From an uncultured Bacilli bacterium (GTDB lineage: Bacteria > Bacillota_I > Bacilli_A > RF39 > UBA660): a DNA stretch of 64,000 bases. The stretch is taken from assembly GCA_944355355.1 (NCBI GenBank), contig CALVQE010000001.1:69351-133350 (forward strand), in the 5' to 3' direction. The first letter of the stretch is position 1; every line of letters starts with the position of its first letter. Positions 18,319 through 29,013 of the stretch are shown here, piece after piece. A program made the translations under genes and the position numbers. The notes beneath the pieces are model-generated. The model saw nothing but the letters and a program-made list of their open reading frames with translations, searched no databases and was not told the DNA's origin.

Positions 18319-20241
18319 CTATATATCCAAATCAGCATAACGAGCATTATCCTCAATAAACTTACGTCTTGGCTCAACTTCCTCACCCATAAGTGTTGAA
18401 AATATCTCATCTGCTGCAATTGTATCGTCAACCGTAATCTGTCTTAATGTTCTTTTCTCAATATCCATAGTTGTCTCGTAAAGTTCATCAGCATCCATCT
18501 CACCTAAACCCTTCATTCGACCAATTTCATACTTTGTACTAGGAGATAAAGATGCGATATATTCATCTTTTTCTTCATCTGTTAAAACATATTTAATTGT
18601 TTTACCATGTTTAATACTATATAAAGGTGGTTGAGCTGCATAAACATGCCCTGCTTCCACAATTGGTTTAAAGAAACGATAAAACAATGTCAATAAAAGT
18701 ACTCGAATATGAGCTCCGTCAACATCAGCATCGGTCATAATAATAATTTTATTATATCGAAGTTTAGATAAATCGAATTCTTCACCAATACCAGTTCCAA
18801 ATGCTGTAATAATAGTTCTAATTTCTTCATTAGATAAAGCTCGATCAAGTCTTGCCTTCTCTACATTCAATATTTTTCCGCGCAACGGAAGAATAGCCTG
18901 TGTCATACTATTACGACCCTTTTTAGCAGAACCACCAGCACTATCACCCTCGACTAGGAAAATTTCACACTCAGAAGGATCTTTACTCTTACAATCTGAT
19001 AACTTACCATAGAAATTAGTAATATCCAAATCGCCTTTCCTTCTCGTCAATTCACGAGCTTTCTTAGCCGCTAAACGAGCCCTAGAAGCAGTCATACATT
19101 TCTCAATAATTGCCCTAGCAGCATCAGGATTTTCTAATAAAAATCTTTCTAATCCATTACCAAAAACATCACTGGCAATTTTTTTTACTTCACTATTTCC
19201 CAATTTAGTCTTCGTCTGTCCTTCAAACTGAGGATTAGGATGTTTACAAGAAACAATCATAACTAATCCCTCTCGAACATCTTCACCTGTCAAACTGTCA
19301 TCATTATCTTTTAATAACTTATTCTGTTTAGCATAATTGTTAATAACTCTTGTTAAAGCTTGCTTAACACCATCTTCATGAGTACCGCCTTCAGTAGTAT
19401 GAATATTATTTGTAAAAGAATATATTTGAGAATTATAAGAATCGTTATATTGCATAGCCACTTCAATCATAACATCATTTTCTCGGCCCTCAACATAAAC
19501 AATATCATTAAATAAAGGCTGTTTAGCTTTATTAAGCATTTGAACATATTCAATAATTCCACCATTATAGTGAAAAATCTCTTTTTGCTCGTCCTCACGA
19601 TGATCAATTAAAGTAATTCGAATTCCCTTGTTTAAAAAAGCCATCTCTTGCAATCTTTTAAAAAGAATATCCCAATTATAAATGGTTGTTTCAAAACAAG
19701 TAGGATCAGCATGGAATGTAACCGTTGTTCCTGTTCGATCTTCACTACACTTATCAATAATTTTCAAAGGTTCTACAGGATGACCACCGTTTTCAAATCT
19801 TTGATAATAAACATTACCATCACGATAAACCCTAACCTCCAACCAATCAGAAAGAGCATTAACAACACTAGCACCAACACCATGTAGTCCTCCGGAAACT
19901 TTATAGCCACCGCCACCGAACTTTCCACCTGCGTGCAAAACTGTAAAAATTGTTTCAATAGTTGAAAGACCTGTTTTTGCATTCATTCCAGTTGGCATTC
20001 CACGACCATCATCTTTAACAGTTATTACATTACCTTTGCCAATTTCAACCTCAATATCATCACAATAACCAGCTAATGCTTCATCAACAGCATTATCTAC
20101 AATTTCCCATACCAAATGATGAAGACCTGCTTCATTAGTATTACCAATATACATACCAGGTCTTTTTCGAACTGCTTCTAACCCTTCAAGAACCTGGATA
20201 TCATTATCACTATAATGATTGTTATCTTGTTTCATGTTCAC
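18319..20241 (-). CDS. gyrB: DNA gyrase subunit B
   Basis: 640 aa, GHKL ATPase, Toprim [19 protein letters not shown]. Confidence 0.97.
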   Translation of the reverse strand: MNMKQDNNHYSDNDIQVLEGLEAVRKRPGMYIGNTNEAGLHHLVWEIVDNAVDEALAGYCDDIEVEIGKGNVITVKDDGRGMPTGMNAKTGLSTIETIFTVLHAGGKFGGGGYKVSGGLHGVGASVVNALSDWLEVRVYRDGNVYYQRFENGGHPVEPLKIIDKCSEDRTGTTVTFHADPTCFETTIYNWDILFKRLQEMAFLNKGIRITLIDHREDEQKEIFHYNGGIIEYVQMLNKAKQPLFNDIVYVEGRENDVMIEVAMQYNDSYNSQIYSFTNNIHTTEGGTHEDGVKQALTRVINNYAKQNKLLKDNDDSLTGEDVREGLVMIVSCKHPNPQFEGQTKTKLGNSEVKKIASDVFGNGLERFLLENPDAARAIIEKCMTASRARLAAKKARELTRRKGDLDITNFYGKLSDCKSKDPSECEIFLVEGDSAGGSAKKGRNSMTQAILPLRGKILNVEKARLDRALSNEEIRTIITAFGTGIGEEFDLSKLRYNKIIIMTDADVDGAHIRVLLLTLFYRFFKPIVEAGHVYAAQPPLYSIKHGKTIKYVLTDEEKDEYIASLSPSTKYEIGRMKGLGEMDADELYETTMDIEKRTLRQITVDDTIAADEIFSTLMGEEVEPRRKFIEDNARYADLDI

Positions 20242-21328
20242 TCTCCTCCACTATATTTCCTAACTCAATACAAAATTTCTTATAGTTAAACTGATCTAAA
20301 AAACATAAATGATCTAATTCTGTTGTTGTAATAAAAGTCTGAACCTCAGGCTTTAACAATTCCAAAATATTTTTTATTTTTCCTTGATCTAACTCACTAA
20401 ATAAGTCATCTAATATCAAAATAGGATAATTCCCTGTACTTACTTTAAATATTTCTAATTCACTAAATTTATAGGCAATAACAGCATTCTTTTGTTGACC
20501 TTCACTACCATAATCCTTTAAATCCTTACCGTCAAGCAAAAATCGCAAATCATCCATATGAATACCAATATGAGTTTTACCAAATTTTAAATCTTTTTCC
20601 AATCCTTTTTGATATAACTTCGTTAAAACCTGTTTATTAACATTATGATAAGAAGAAATATACTCAAGTTGTAATCCAGCAGAACCAGTAATTTTCTCAT
20701 AATAAGTAGTCAAGTATGGATTTAATAAACGAATAAATTCATCACGTTTTTGATAAATATAATAACCATATTCAATTAATTTTTCCGTTAAAATATTCAA
20801 ATATTCCCCGGATTGATTGGCATTTACAATCATTTGCTTTAAATAGGCATTTCTTTGCTTTAAAACATTTTGATAATTATTTAAATACTGCAAATATTGA
20901 AAATAAATTAAAGAAATAGAAATATTTAAAGTTTTTCGCCTGGTACTTGGAGCATCTTTAATAAAACGTAAATCATCTGGATGAAAAAGAACAATAGCCA
21001 TATTCGAAATATAATCGCTAATCTTGGTAATATTTTGCTGATTAATTCTAACTTTTTTTCCTTCCTTAGAAAGATAAACACGATAATTAATCAACGATTT
21101 TCGGTAAACATTGCCCTCAATACGTGAAGCATCTTTACCATCTGATATTAATGTTTTTTCTTGAGCCATTCGAAAACTTCTAGTTAAAAACAAAACATAG
21201 ATAGCTTCAACCAAATTTGTTTTACCTGAACCATTTTTTCCATAAATCAAATTAAGCTTAGGATGGAATTTTATATCTAAATGTTCATAATTTCTAAAAT
21301 TTAACAACTTCAAAGACTCAATTCTCAT
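20222..21328 (-). CDS. recF: DNA replication and repair protein RecF
   Basis: Walker [10 protein letters not shown], position between gyrB and dnaN. Start moved to MRIESLKL because the 26-codon upstream extension in the ORF track is AT-rich junk. Confidence 0.9.
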   Translation of the reverse strand: MRIESLKLLNFRNYEHLDIKFHPKLNLIYGKNGSGKTNLVEAIYVLFLTRSFRMAQEKTLISDGKDASRIEGNVYRKSLINYRVYLSKEGKKVRINQQNITKISDYISNMAIVLFHPDDLRFIKDAPSTRRKTLNISISLIYFQYLQYLNNYQNVLKQRNAYLKQMIVNANQSGEYLNILTEKLIEYGYYIYQKRDEFIRLLNPYLTTYYEKITGSAGLQLEYISSYHNVNKQVLTKLYQKGLEKDLKFGKTHIGIHMDDLRFLLDGKDLKDYGSEGQQKNAVIAYKFSELEIFKVSTGNYPILILDDLFSELDQGKIKNILELLKPEVQTFITTTELDHLCFLDQFNYKKFCIELGNIVEESEHETR

Positions 21329-21407
21329 AAAATACCTCTTAATTTTAATTTTAAGAAAAATAATAGGTATAATAATACTCCTATACCTACAAACATTATA
21401 ACACATT

Positions 21408-21875
21408 TTAACGCCTGTTAAAATGTTTTTTTTGTACTTTTCGTCCTCTTAAAGCACTTTCTAACCGTGTAGCTCTTAACAGTTGATTATCAAAAATACC
21501 AAAAGTGACATTTAACAATATTTTTCGCCCATTTAAGAATTCCAAAACTACATTTTTACCTTCTTTATAGTACTTATTCACATACTTCAAGCTAATCCAA
21601 GGAGTATCATGATATCGTGCAGAAGAAAGAGGAAAAAAAATCAATCCAAAAGTTTCTTCTACAATAATAGGCGCTTTATAATTAACCCCTATCATCACCT
21701 CAGTACCTTTACGCCTTCCCTCTAAACTACTTCCAAAATATTGACAACTATTTTCCATAATTTGAGTAGCATTCATATCCAAAATAAACTCTTCTTCATA
21801 CTCTAATACCTTAACTTTTTCTTTAGACAAAGGAATCAAAGCCATTGTTTCATTATTAATTTCATAATTTTTCAT
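21408..21875 (-). CDS. comK: ComK-family competence transcription factor
   Basis: YEINNETMALIP, SCQYFGSSLEGRRKGT, KAPIIVEETFGLIFFPLSS, WISLKYV and FDNQLLRATRL align with B. subtilis and S. aureus ComK blocks. Start at MKNYEI, preceded by a GGAGGGGG RBS. Occupies the slot where yaaA sits in B. subtilis. Confidence 0.75.
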   Translation of the reverse strand: MKNYEINNETMALIPLSKEKVKVLEYEEEFILDMNATQIMENSCQYFGSSLEGRRKGTEVMIGVNYKAPIIVEETFGLIFFPLSSARYHDTPWISLKYVNKYYKEGKNVVLEFLNGRKILLNVTFGIFDNQLLRATRLESALRGRKVQKKHFNRR

Positions 21876-22021
21876 AATTTTTCCCCCTCCAAAAATGAAA
21901 ATTATCTCTAGAATAACACACAAAAAGAGAAAAAAATGTCGAAAAAAGAATTGTTCTAAAAATTAAGTTTAATTAAAAAATTTATAGCATTTATTAAAAT
22001 AAAAAACTGTCACTTGACAGC

Positions 22022-23140
22022 TTAGTATGTTTTAATTGGTAAGATAAGTTGAATCAAAGACTCATCCGTTAAAGATTTAATAACTAATGGCTTAACATCA
22101 TTATTTAATAAAATTAAAATATCCTCGTCTTTAATTGTTTTCAAAGCCTCTAACATATATTTAGAACTAAAAGAAATATCGATATTAGCTGACTCACTAG
22201 TATCAATCATAATTTTTTCTTCGGTTTTACCTATCTCTGAAGCAAAAGAATGAATAATCATCTCTCTGTTTTCTATTTTCATTTTAATAATATTTTTATC
22301 TTTACCTTGAGTTAACAATGCCGCACGATCCACAGCGCCCATAAAATCATTTTTCTTAGTTTGAACAATGATTTCAAATTCAGTAGGAATTAAATTAGAT
22401 GTATTAGGATAGCTTCCACTTAAGATATTAGTTTGAAATTTAATGTTTTTGTATTGAAATAACACCCTATTATTGAAAACATGAATATAAACATCTTCAT
22501 CATCAACCAAAATATGCTCTAATTCAATAACATTTTTACCAGGAATTACAATATTAACATCACTAGAAGCAGGATTATCAAGTCGAATATTCTTTTTAGC
22601 CAAACGATAAGAATCCGTAGCAATACATTCTAACAAATCACCATTAATTTTTAAATTTAAACCAGTTAAAATTGGTCTTAACTCTTGAGTTGAAATAGCA
22701 AAACTAGTTTGGTTAATAAGTTCTTTTAAAATACTAGCCTTCATAACAATTGGATCCTTCTGAGTTAATAACTTAATACTAGGATATTCACTTGGATCTA
22801 AACAATTTAAGTTATATTGATTAAAATCAGAATAAATTTTAATTTTTAAACTGTCCATCATTTCAAAATTAATAACATCACTAGGCATCTTTCGAATAAT
22901 TTCCAAAATATACTTACTACTAATAATAATAGTACCTGTACTTTCGATATTCTTAATAAGGTTACTTTCAATAAAAGTCTCTACAGTTAATTCACTATCA
23001 CTAGCCATTAAAGTCAAACCATCACTTTTTAATTCAAATTTAATTCCGTTTAAAACTGGAATAACATTTTTAGTTGATATTCCTCTTACTACATTATTTA
23101 AATTTTCTAACAAAATACTTTTTTCGATTGCAAATTTCAT
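22022..23140 (-). CDS. dnaN: DNA polymerase III beta sliding clamp
   Basis: Start set at MKFAIEKS with an AGAGGGAAGGA RBS. The 37-codon upstream extension in the ORF track overlaps DnaA boxes. Three-domain clamp, about 372 aa. Confidence 0.93.
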   Translation of the reverse strand: MKFAIEKSILLENLNNVVRGISTKNVIPVLNGIKFELKSDGLTLMASDSELTVETFIESNLIKNIESTGTIIISSKYILEIIRKMPSDVINFEMMDSLKIKIYSDFNQYNLNCLDPSEYPSIKLLTQKDPIVMKASILKELINQTSFAISTQELRPILTGLNLKINGDLLECIATDSYRLAKKNIRLDNPASSDVNIVIPGKNVIELEHILVDDEDVYIHVFNNRVLFQYKNIKFQTNILSGSYPNTSNLIPTEFEIIVQTKKNDFMGAVDRAALLTQGKDKNIIKMKIENREMIIHSFASEIGKTEEKIMIDTSESANIDISFSSKYMLEALKTIKDEDILILLNNDVKPLVIKSLTDESLIQLILPIKTY

Positions 23141-23295
23141 AAAGCATCCTTCCCTCTTTCTTATTTTATTTAATATATATTCATAATAATAATGATGTGG
23201 ATAATGTGAATAACTTTTGGAATAACTATAAATACTAGCTTCATAGCCCATTTTTTATGTGCATAGTTATTCACATTGATATTTTTTTATCCACA
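23141..23295. promoter_or_regulatory. oriC part 2 (dnaA-dnaN intergenic, incC-like): DnaA boxes plus an AT-rich unwinding element
   Basis: TGTGGATAA and TTATCCACA are perfect DnaA boxes; TGTGAATAA and TTATTCACA are 1-mismatch boxes. The AT-run ttattttatttaatatatattcataataataat at 23161-23195 is a candidate DUE. Confidence 0.8.
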
Positions 23296-24681
23296 TTACA
23301 TCTTATTTTGAATTTCTTTAATTTGATTTTCTAAGGTTTTATTCACCTTCAGCTCCTCTACAATTTTATCACAAGCGTGAATAACTGTCGAGTGATCCCT
23401 ACCTCCAAATTCTAAACCAATTCGGTTTAAATTTTCTTCAGTTAAAATACGTGACAAATACATAGCTATTTGTCGTGGATAAGCTATATCAGCACTACGT
23501 CTTTTTCCCTTTAAATCCTCTACTCGAATATGAAAATAATCTGCTACAGCTTTTTGAATAGATTCAATACTGTCTGTTTTATAAATGTTTCTATTTACAA
23601 AATCAGCTAAAGCTTCAATAGCAAAATTTAAATCAATTTTAGGCGGAACAACCATTGCAGTATAAGCCATCAAACGATTTAACGCTCCTTCCAAAAAGCG
23701 AACGTCATTTTGACAACTATTAGCGATGTATTCAATAACGTTTTCATCTATTTTAGTCGAAATAGACATGTTCTTAAGTTTTGCACGAATAATCTCACAT
23801 CTAAGTTCGAAATCAGGTGGATAAATGTCTACAGGAAGCCCCCACATAAACCGACTTCGAAGTCTTTCTTCTAACAATTTTAGATCATCTGGACTTCGAT
23901 CAGAACTAATAATGATTTGTTTATTAGCTTGATGAAGTGTATTAAAAGTATGGAAAAATTCTTGTTGAGTCTTCTCTGCTCCAACTAAATATTGAATATC
24001 ATCGATAATCAGCACATCCACTTCACGATATTTACGTTTAAAATTTGCCATGACTTGCACATTATTTCCTTTATTCTCAGAATTAGAAATATTGATATAG
24101 TCATCTTTAAACATTTCACTTGTCGTATAGAGTACTTTTTTCTTAGAATGACTAACAATATAATTACCTATTGCGTGCATTAAATGGGTTTTACCTAACC
24201 CACTCTTTCCATAGATAAACAAAGGGTTATGCACTTTACCAGGTTGTTCAGCTACAATCATTCCAGCAATTTTAGCCAGTCGATTCGAATCCCCAACAAT
24301 ATAATTATCAAAATTCAATTCAGGACGAAGATTTGTTTCCCATTTTTCATCAACTTGAGAAACTTCAATCTTCTCTTCAACAAAGTTATCCACATTATCC
24401 ACAATTGGGTCAAACTTTAGAAGTTCATCCCCTATTTCTTCTTTTAGTAAAAATTCAAATTCATAATTGTGATTCGTTACTTTATAAAAAGCGTCATCGA
24501 TCAAATTATAATAATTTGTAGTTAAAATACGCTTATGAATTTCCATCGGTACTTGAATATATACCTTATTATCTTGAATTTTAATTAGTTTTAAATCATG
24601 AAACCAGGCATGAAATGAAGCTGAATTTACTTCAGGATATATTTCATCCAACACAGATTGCCAAAGATCTTTTTGCTCCAT
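23296..24681 (-). CDS. dnaA: chromosomal replication initiator DnaA
   Basis: 461 aa, AAA+ GKSGLGKTHL, C-terminal DNA-binding domain with the DnaA signature IGLEFGGRDHSTVIHA. Confidence 0.97.
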   Translation of the reverse strand: MEQKDLWQSVLDEIYPEVNSASFHAWFHDLKLIKIQDNKVYIQVPMEIHKRILTTNYYNLIDDAFYKVTNHNYEFEFLLKEEIGDELLKFDPIVDNVDNFVEEKIEVSQVDEKWETNLRPELNFDNYIVGDSNRLAKIAGMIVAEQPGKVHNPLFIYGKSGLGKTHLMHAIGNYIVSHSKKKVLYTTSEMFKDDYINISNSENKGNNVQVMANFKRKYREVDVLIIDDIQYLVGAEKTQQEFFHTFNTLHQANKQIIISSDRSPDDLKLLEERLRSRFMWGLPVDIYPPDFELRCEIIRAKLKNMSISTKIDENVIEYIANSCQNDVRFLEGALNRLMAYTAMVVPPKIDLNFAIEALADFVNRNIYKTDSIESIQKAVADYFHIRVEDLKGKRRSADIAYPRQIAMYLSRILTEENLNRIGLEFGGRDHSTVIHACDKIVEELKVNKTLENQIKEIQNKM

Positions 24682-25131
24682 TTCACCACCCCGCTCGCTT
24701 TATAACCAATATTCTACACTTTTTTTGCTCCATTTAAAAGAACAAAATTTATCCTAACATACTATTCACAAGTTATCAACAAAATTAATGCCGTATTTAA
24801 AAGAAAAAAAGCAGTTATCCACATTATCAACATTTTCAATTTTTAATAAATGTGATTAAGTTGAAAGGGTGTAAAAACTTATCCACAATAATGTGAATAT
24901 GTGCAAAAAATAAAAAAACACCCGTTAAATTCAATATAAAATTAACTAATACATTGTGAATAGTTATCAACAATTAAAAAAAAATGCACAGAAATATATA
25001 TAATAGCCCTAAAAGTTATGCACATATAAATGCAGTTTTAATGTTAGGTTAGTGGAAAAATCAATAAAGGATTGACTTTTCAAGCTATTTAATATTATAA
25101 TAAGGGAGCTTTTAACGAAGGAGGGAAATAT
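24682..25131. promoter_or_regulatory. oriC part 1 (upstream of dnaA): DnaA-box cluster and the divergent dnaA and rpmH promoters
   Basis: At least 7 DnaA-box 9-mers. Perfect TTATCCACA at about 24815 and 24879; 1-mismatch TTATCAACA (three copies) and TTATGCACA. The replication strand switch occurs here. Confidence 0.8.
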
Positions 25132-25257
25132 ATGGAAATAGGAACTTATCAACCAAATAAAAGAAAAAGAGCAAAAAAGCATGGATTCTTTGCCCGTAAA
25201 AAAACAAATATTTTAAAAAGAAGAAGAAAAAAAGGTCGTAAAGAATTATGTAAATAG
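25132..25257 (+). CDS. rpmH: 50S ribosomal protein L34
   Basis: Hand translation gives [50 protein letters not shown]. Too short for the ORF track. Confidence 0.9.
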   Translation: MEIGTYQPNKRKRAKKHGFFARKKTNILKRRRKKGRKELCK

Positions 25258-25258
25258 T

Positions 25259-25286
25259 CCACATTTTTCATGTGGAATTTTTTTTT
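25259..25286 (+). terminator. intrinsic terminator or attenuator between rpmH and rnpA
   Basis: Hairpin CCACATttttcATGTGG followed by T9. Confidence 0.6.
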
Positions 25287-25301
25287 GAAAGGTGTGGAGT
25301 T

Positions 25302-25649
25302 ATGAAAAAAATAGAAATGATTAAATCTCATCGTGAATTTAGTGAAATGATTCAAAAGGAAAAATATATAAAAAATAAAGAATTCACTATATATATAAGG
25401 AAAAGCATATATGATTTTTCTCATTATGGCATAGCAGTTTCAAAAAAATTAGGTAATGCAGTAACCCGTAATAAATTAAAAAGAAGAATGCGTTCGATTC
25501 TTGACGAATGCAAAAAGTCATTGCCGAACAATCAAGATTATATTATAATAATGAAAGAAAACACCAAGAATATTTCTTATCAAGAATTAAAAAATAGTTT
25601 TCAAAATCTAATGAAAATAAAAGGAGAAACAAATGAAACAAAAAAATAA
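25302..25649 (+). CDS. rnpA: RNase P protein component
   Basis: RNR-motif region AVTRNKLKRRMRSIL. Start at MKKIEMI with an AGGTGTGGAG RBS. The ORF-track start at 25272 overlaps the terminator. Confidence 0.9.
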   Translation: MKKIEMIKSHREFSEMIQKEKYIKNKEFTIYIRKSIYDFSHYGIAVSKKLGNAVTRNKLKRRMRSILDECKKSLPNNQDYIIIMKENTKNISYQELKNSFQNLMKIKGETNETKK

Positions 25650-26652
25650 ATTACTAGCAATCATTTTAATTGCAATAATTAGCTTAGCTGGTGGATGCGG
25701 AAGCGATAATTATCTAAAAGACGAAAACGGAAACATCATTGTTAATGAAGCAACCGGTCAAAGTGTTCAAAAAGATATATTATGTCAACCACAAAAAGAT
25801 TCAGAACTCTATAGAATTTATGAGGAAAATGAAAGTCAGTTAGAAGTAAAAGTATCTGATTTACCTACTTGTGAAGAATTTACAGTAACATCGAATGAAT
25901 ATGATGGCTTATGGCAAGCCTTACTTGTTCGTCCGTTAGCTTTTATAATTTTAAAAGTTGGATATTTATTTAATAACTTTGGTGTAGCTGTAATGCTTTT
26001 AGGAATTGTAATTCGCTTGATTTTATTACCATTATCACTAAAAAGTATGAGACAAGCCAATGTAATGCAAAAACTTCAACCAGAAATTGCTCGTATAGAA
26101 AAAAAGTATGCTGGGAAAACCGATAGTGAATCAATGATGGCTAAGAGTCAAGAAACAATGTTAATCTATCAAAAATATAAAATTAATCCTGTTTCTGGTT
26201 GTTTAGTTGCATTAATCCAAATTCCATTATTCTTTGCCTTCCTAGACGCTATTAATCAAGTTCCAGCTATTTTTGAAGGAAGTTTATTTGGAATGAGTTT
26301 AGGAATGACCCCATGGAAAGGATTATCTGAAGGTCAATACACATATATTATTTTAATTTTCTTAATCGTCGCGACAACTTATATTTCTTTCAAAAATTCT
26401 ATGAAGAGTTCTCAAAATAATGAAATGATGAAACAAATGAATATTATGTTTATGTTTATGATAGTCAGCATTTCAATCGCATCATTCTCACTACCAACTG
26501 CAATTGCTTTCTACTGGATAGTAGTAAATGGTTTTGCTGTTATTCAAAATAAATTAATTAAACGAATTTTAGATCATGAAAATAATCCAAAAGATAAAAA
26601 AGTAATTGATGTTAAACATAAAGAAAAGAAGCAAAAAAAAGGAAAGAAGTGA
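25633..26652 (+). CDS. yidC: membrane protein insertase YidC/SpoIIIJ (lipoprotein type)
   Basis: Lipobox LAGGC, five TM helices, conserved YidC core, Lys-rich C-terminal tail. Confidence 0.92.
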   Translation: MKQKNKLLAIILIAIISLAGGCGSDNYLKDENGNIIVNEATGQSVQKDILCQPQKDSELYRIYEENESQLEVKVSDLPTCEEFTVTSNEYDGLWQALLVRPLAFIILKVGYLFNNFGVAVMLLGIVIRLILLPLSLKSMRQANVMQKLQPEIARIEKKYAGKTDSESMMAKSQETMLIYQKYKINPVSGCLVALIQIPLFFAFLDAINQVPAIFEGSLFGMSLGMTPWKGLSEGQYTYIILIFLIVATTYISFKNSMKSSQNNEMMKQMNIMFMFMIVSISIASFSLPTAIAFYWIVVNGFAVIQNKLIKRILDHENNPKDKKVIDVKHKEKKQKKGKK

Positions 26653-26656
26653 GAAT

Positions 26657-27253
26657 ATGCCAGTTATAACCGAAGCAAAAACGCTTTTAGAAGCAGTGGA
26701 AACAGCTAAAAATGATTTACATACAGAAAAAATCATTTATAAACAAGAAATAATTAAAGGAAAACTTTTTAAAGGGCAAACCTATAAAGTGACTGCAGTT
26801 TCTTATCAAGATATAATGGAAGAAATAAAAAAGTTTTTAGAAGAAGCAATCGCCGGATTAGGTTTGCAAGTCCAATTTGAAACAAGTATAAAAGAAGAGT
26901 CTTTTGAAATAACAATGTATTCAGACAACAACTCAATCTTAATTGGTAAAAATGGACAAACTATGAAGTCATTAGAAACACTTGCCAGAGCAGCTATTAA
27001 TAAAGAATGGGGATTTCTTCCCAAAATCATTTTAAATGTTGAAAATTACAATGAAAAAAGAGTAGCTGCTTTAGAAAAATTAGCAATTAGAACTGCCAAA
27101 GAAGTCCGCAATACAAAAATTGATGTTGAATTAGAAAATATGAACTCTTATGAGCGAAGAATAATTCATAATAAACTTGCTAACTTTAAAGGCGTATCAA
27201 CCACAAGTATAGGGGAAGAACCTCATCGGCACGTTGTTATTAAAGCAGAGTAA
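26657..27253 (+). CDS. khpB: KhpB/Jag RNA-binding protein (Jag_N, KH and R3H domains)
   Basis: Conserved partner of yidC. Start placed at MPVITEAK. Confidence 0.8.
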   Translation: MPVITEAKTLLEAVETAKNDLHTEKIIYKQEIIKGKLFKGQTYKVTAVSYQDIMEEIKKFLEEAIAGLGLQVQFETSIKEESFEITMYSDNNSILIGKNGQTMKSLETLARAAINKEWGFLPKIILNVENYNEKRVAALEKLAIRTAKEVRNTKIDVELENMNSYERRIIHNKLANFKGVSTTSIGEEPHRHVVIKAE

Positions 27254-27288
27254 ATCTGCTTTTTTTAAAAGGAAAGAAGAGGAACAAT

Positions 27289-28914
27289 ATGAAATTAATA
27301 GATTATATGATTTCTTTACCAAAGGGCATAATATATGAAAAATATGTTCGATTATTTGAAAAGTCTACAAATTATCAAAAAATTACTAGAAAGAAAATGC
27401 TTGAAGAAATCGTATCTTTTTATAACGAAGGGAACAAGTTACAAGAATTGTGCTTATCTAAAGAGATAGTAGTTTTGAAAAAAATTAAAACAAAAAAAAT
27501 AGATAAAAAGCGTTTATCCGAAAAATATTTTGAAGAAGTTTTGTCTTTAAAAGAAAAATTACTTTTGATAACAGACTCAAATGGAAAACTATGTATACCA
27601 GAAGATATAATAGAAAATGTTTTGAATAACTTAAAACATATTAACGTTCAAAAGCTAGAAGAAAATGAAACACTAAATATCTTAATTAAAAATATCCTTT
27701 TTTATTATAAAATCTTACCTGAAAATGATTTATTAAAAATAATAAAAAAATATGTTAACTTAAATGAAGAATCTTTAAAGAACTTTTTATTGAATAATAA
27801 ATTCATTCATTTTTACATTGAAAAAGCAAAATATAAAAAGAAAGTTTTTTGGATTTATCGTGATGAAGAAATACCTCTAAGTGACTTTATTTGGATGTAC
27901 TTTCACTCAGAAGTCAAAGAATATAAAAATATTACTATAGAAGAACTATATAAGTATGCTCAAAATCCATTATCTAAATTGAATGAAGAAAAATTTGTTC
28001 AATTAATAAATGACCTGAATCAATATAATCTACCAGTAAACTATATTATTAGCGTCATCTTAACGAACGCAATATATGCTAGTGATGACGGAAAAATAGA
28101 TAAATTACTTAATATTTACAGTAAAACAATCTCAACAGAAAAACTGTCAGATATAAAAAATCACATAATAGATATGATCTTGCAATTACCTTCCGTTATG
28201 TTAAAAGGATACTCAATAAACGAGTATCAAGAAATAAAAACAAAAAAAACATTTGATGAAAGATTTCAAAAAACAATGGACAATCTTGAAAATCCAGATG
28301 TAGTGGAAGACTATTTAGAACTAAGAGAAGAATTAGATCGAATAAATTGTGATTGTGTAGAGTTTTTCGTTATGAATGAACCAAAAAAGTTTGAACGTTA
28401 TCAAAAAATGTGTCAAAAATATGGGTTAATTCATTCTAAAATTCCTGGAAATGTCATGGATAATTTTGTTTTATATCATGCATTAGAGGAGGATGAAGAA
28501 TCGCCTTTTGCAAATTATGTAAATCATCATCTAAATATCTTAGGCAAAGACTATTCAATTGCATGGCAAGTCTTAGAAAATACAGAAGTATCAATATTTC
28601 GGATCAAAAAATTAATTCCATCTCAAGCGATAGTAGAGTTAGAAGATATAAAAACAAAGAAACCGTATGTAATATACGATATTTCTCTTTCAGCAAGTGA
28701 TCCAGAAATTGTCAATTCCTACCTATACACCAAACTTATAAAAATAAATAATATCACTTTTGCAAGTGGCTGCGCCTTCTTATTTTATAAAAATCTACAT
28801 CCTGATTTGTTAACAGAAATAGAAAAGAAAAAAGAGGAAATAAAAGATATTTCGAACGACCAAACTAAGTTTTTTCTTGCATGTTTTTTAATAAATACAA
28901 AGGATTTTGACTGA
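27289..28914 (+). CDS. hypothetical 541-aa Lys-rich soluble protein with no recognisable domain, inserted between jag and mnmE
   Basis: Long ORF with consistent codon usage, an own RBS (aaggaaagaagaggaa), and a terminator downstream. Family not recognised by eye. Confidence 0.6.
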   Translation: MKLIDYMISLPKGIIYEKYVRLFEKSTNYQKITRKKMLEEIVSFYNEGNKLQELCLSKEIVVLKKIKTKKIDKKRLSEKYFEEVLSLKEKLLLITDSNGKLCIPEDIIENVLNNLKHINVQKLEENETLNILIKNILFYYKILPENDLLKIIKKYVNLNEESLKNFLLNNKFIHFYIEKAKYKKKVFWIYRDEEIPLSDFIWMYFHSEVKEYKNITIEELYKYAQNPLSKLNEEKFVQLINDLNQYNLPVNYIISVILTNAIYASDDGKIDKLLNIYSKTISTEKLSDIKNHIIDMILQLPSVMLKGYSINEYQEIKTKKTFDERFQKTMDNLENPDVVEDYLELREELDRINCDCVEFFVMNEPKKFERYQKMCQKYGLIHSKIPGNVMDNFVLYHALEEDEESPFANYVNHHLNILGKDYSIAWQVLENTEVSIFRIKKLIPSQAIVELEDIKTKKPYVIYDISLSASDPEIVNSYLYTKLIKINNITFASGCAFLFYKNLHPDLLTEIEKKKEEIKDISNDQTKFFLACFLINTKDFD

Positions 28915-28940
28915 CCAAAAATAAGGCCGGTCATTTTTTT
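28908..28940 (+). terminator. intrinsic terminator after the 541-aa gene
   Basis: TGACCaaaaataaGGCCGGTCA followed by T7, then an extended -10 promoter TGTGATATAAT (about 28975-28992) for mnmE. Confidence 0.55.
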
Positions 28941-29013
28941 AAAAACGTCTTTTCTCTTATAAATTTCTTTTTGATGTAAATTGTGATATAATACGACCGA
29001 AAAGAGGGAGAAT

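Noticed and set aside
12916-20000. Antisense or alternative-frame ORFs 12916-13152, 16792-17073, 19648-19887 and 19773-19982
   Set aside because: Embedded in dnaX, gyrA and gyrB. No RBS. Low-complexity composition.
22022-23251. Long dnaN ORF starting at 23251, together with similar upstream extensions of recF, comK, rnpA, mnmG, jag, the agrA-like gene, murA and rpmE
   Set aside because: The extensions are low-complexity, overlap DnaA boxes or terminators, and lack an RBS. Internal starts with good RBS match the conserved N-termini.
23992-24521. Three plus-strand 62-63-aa ORFs inside dnaA
   Set aside because: Antisense to dnaA.
25149-25424. 91-aa minus-strand ORF
   Set aside because: Antisense to rpmH and rnpA and crosses the terminator hairpin.
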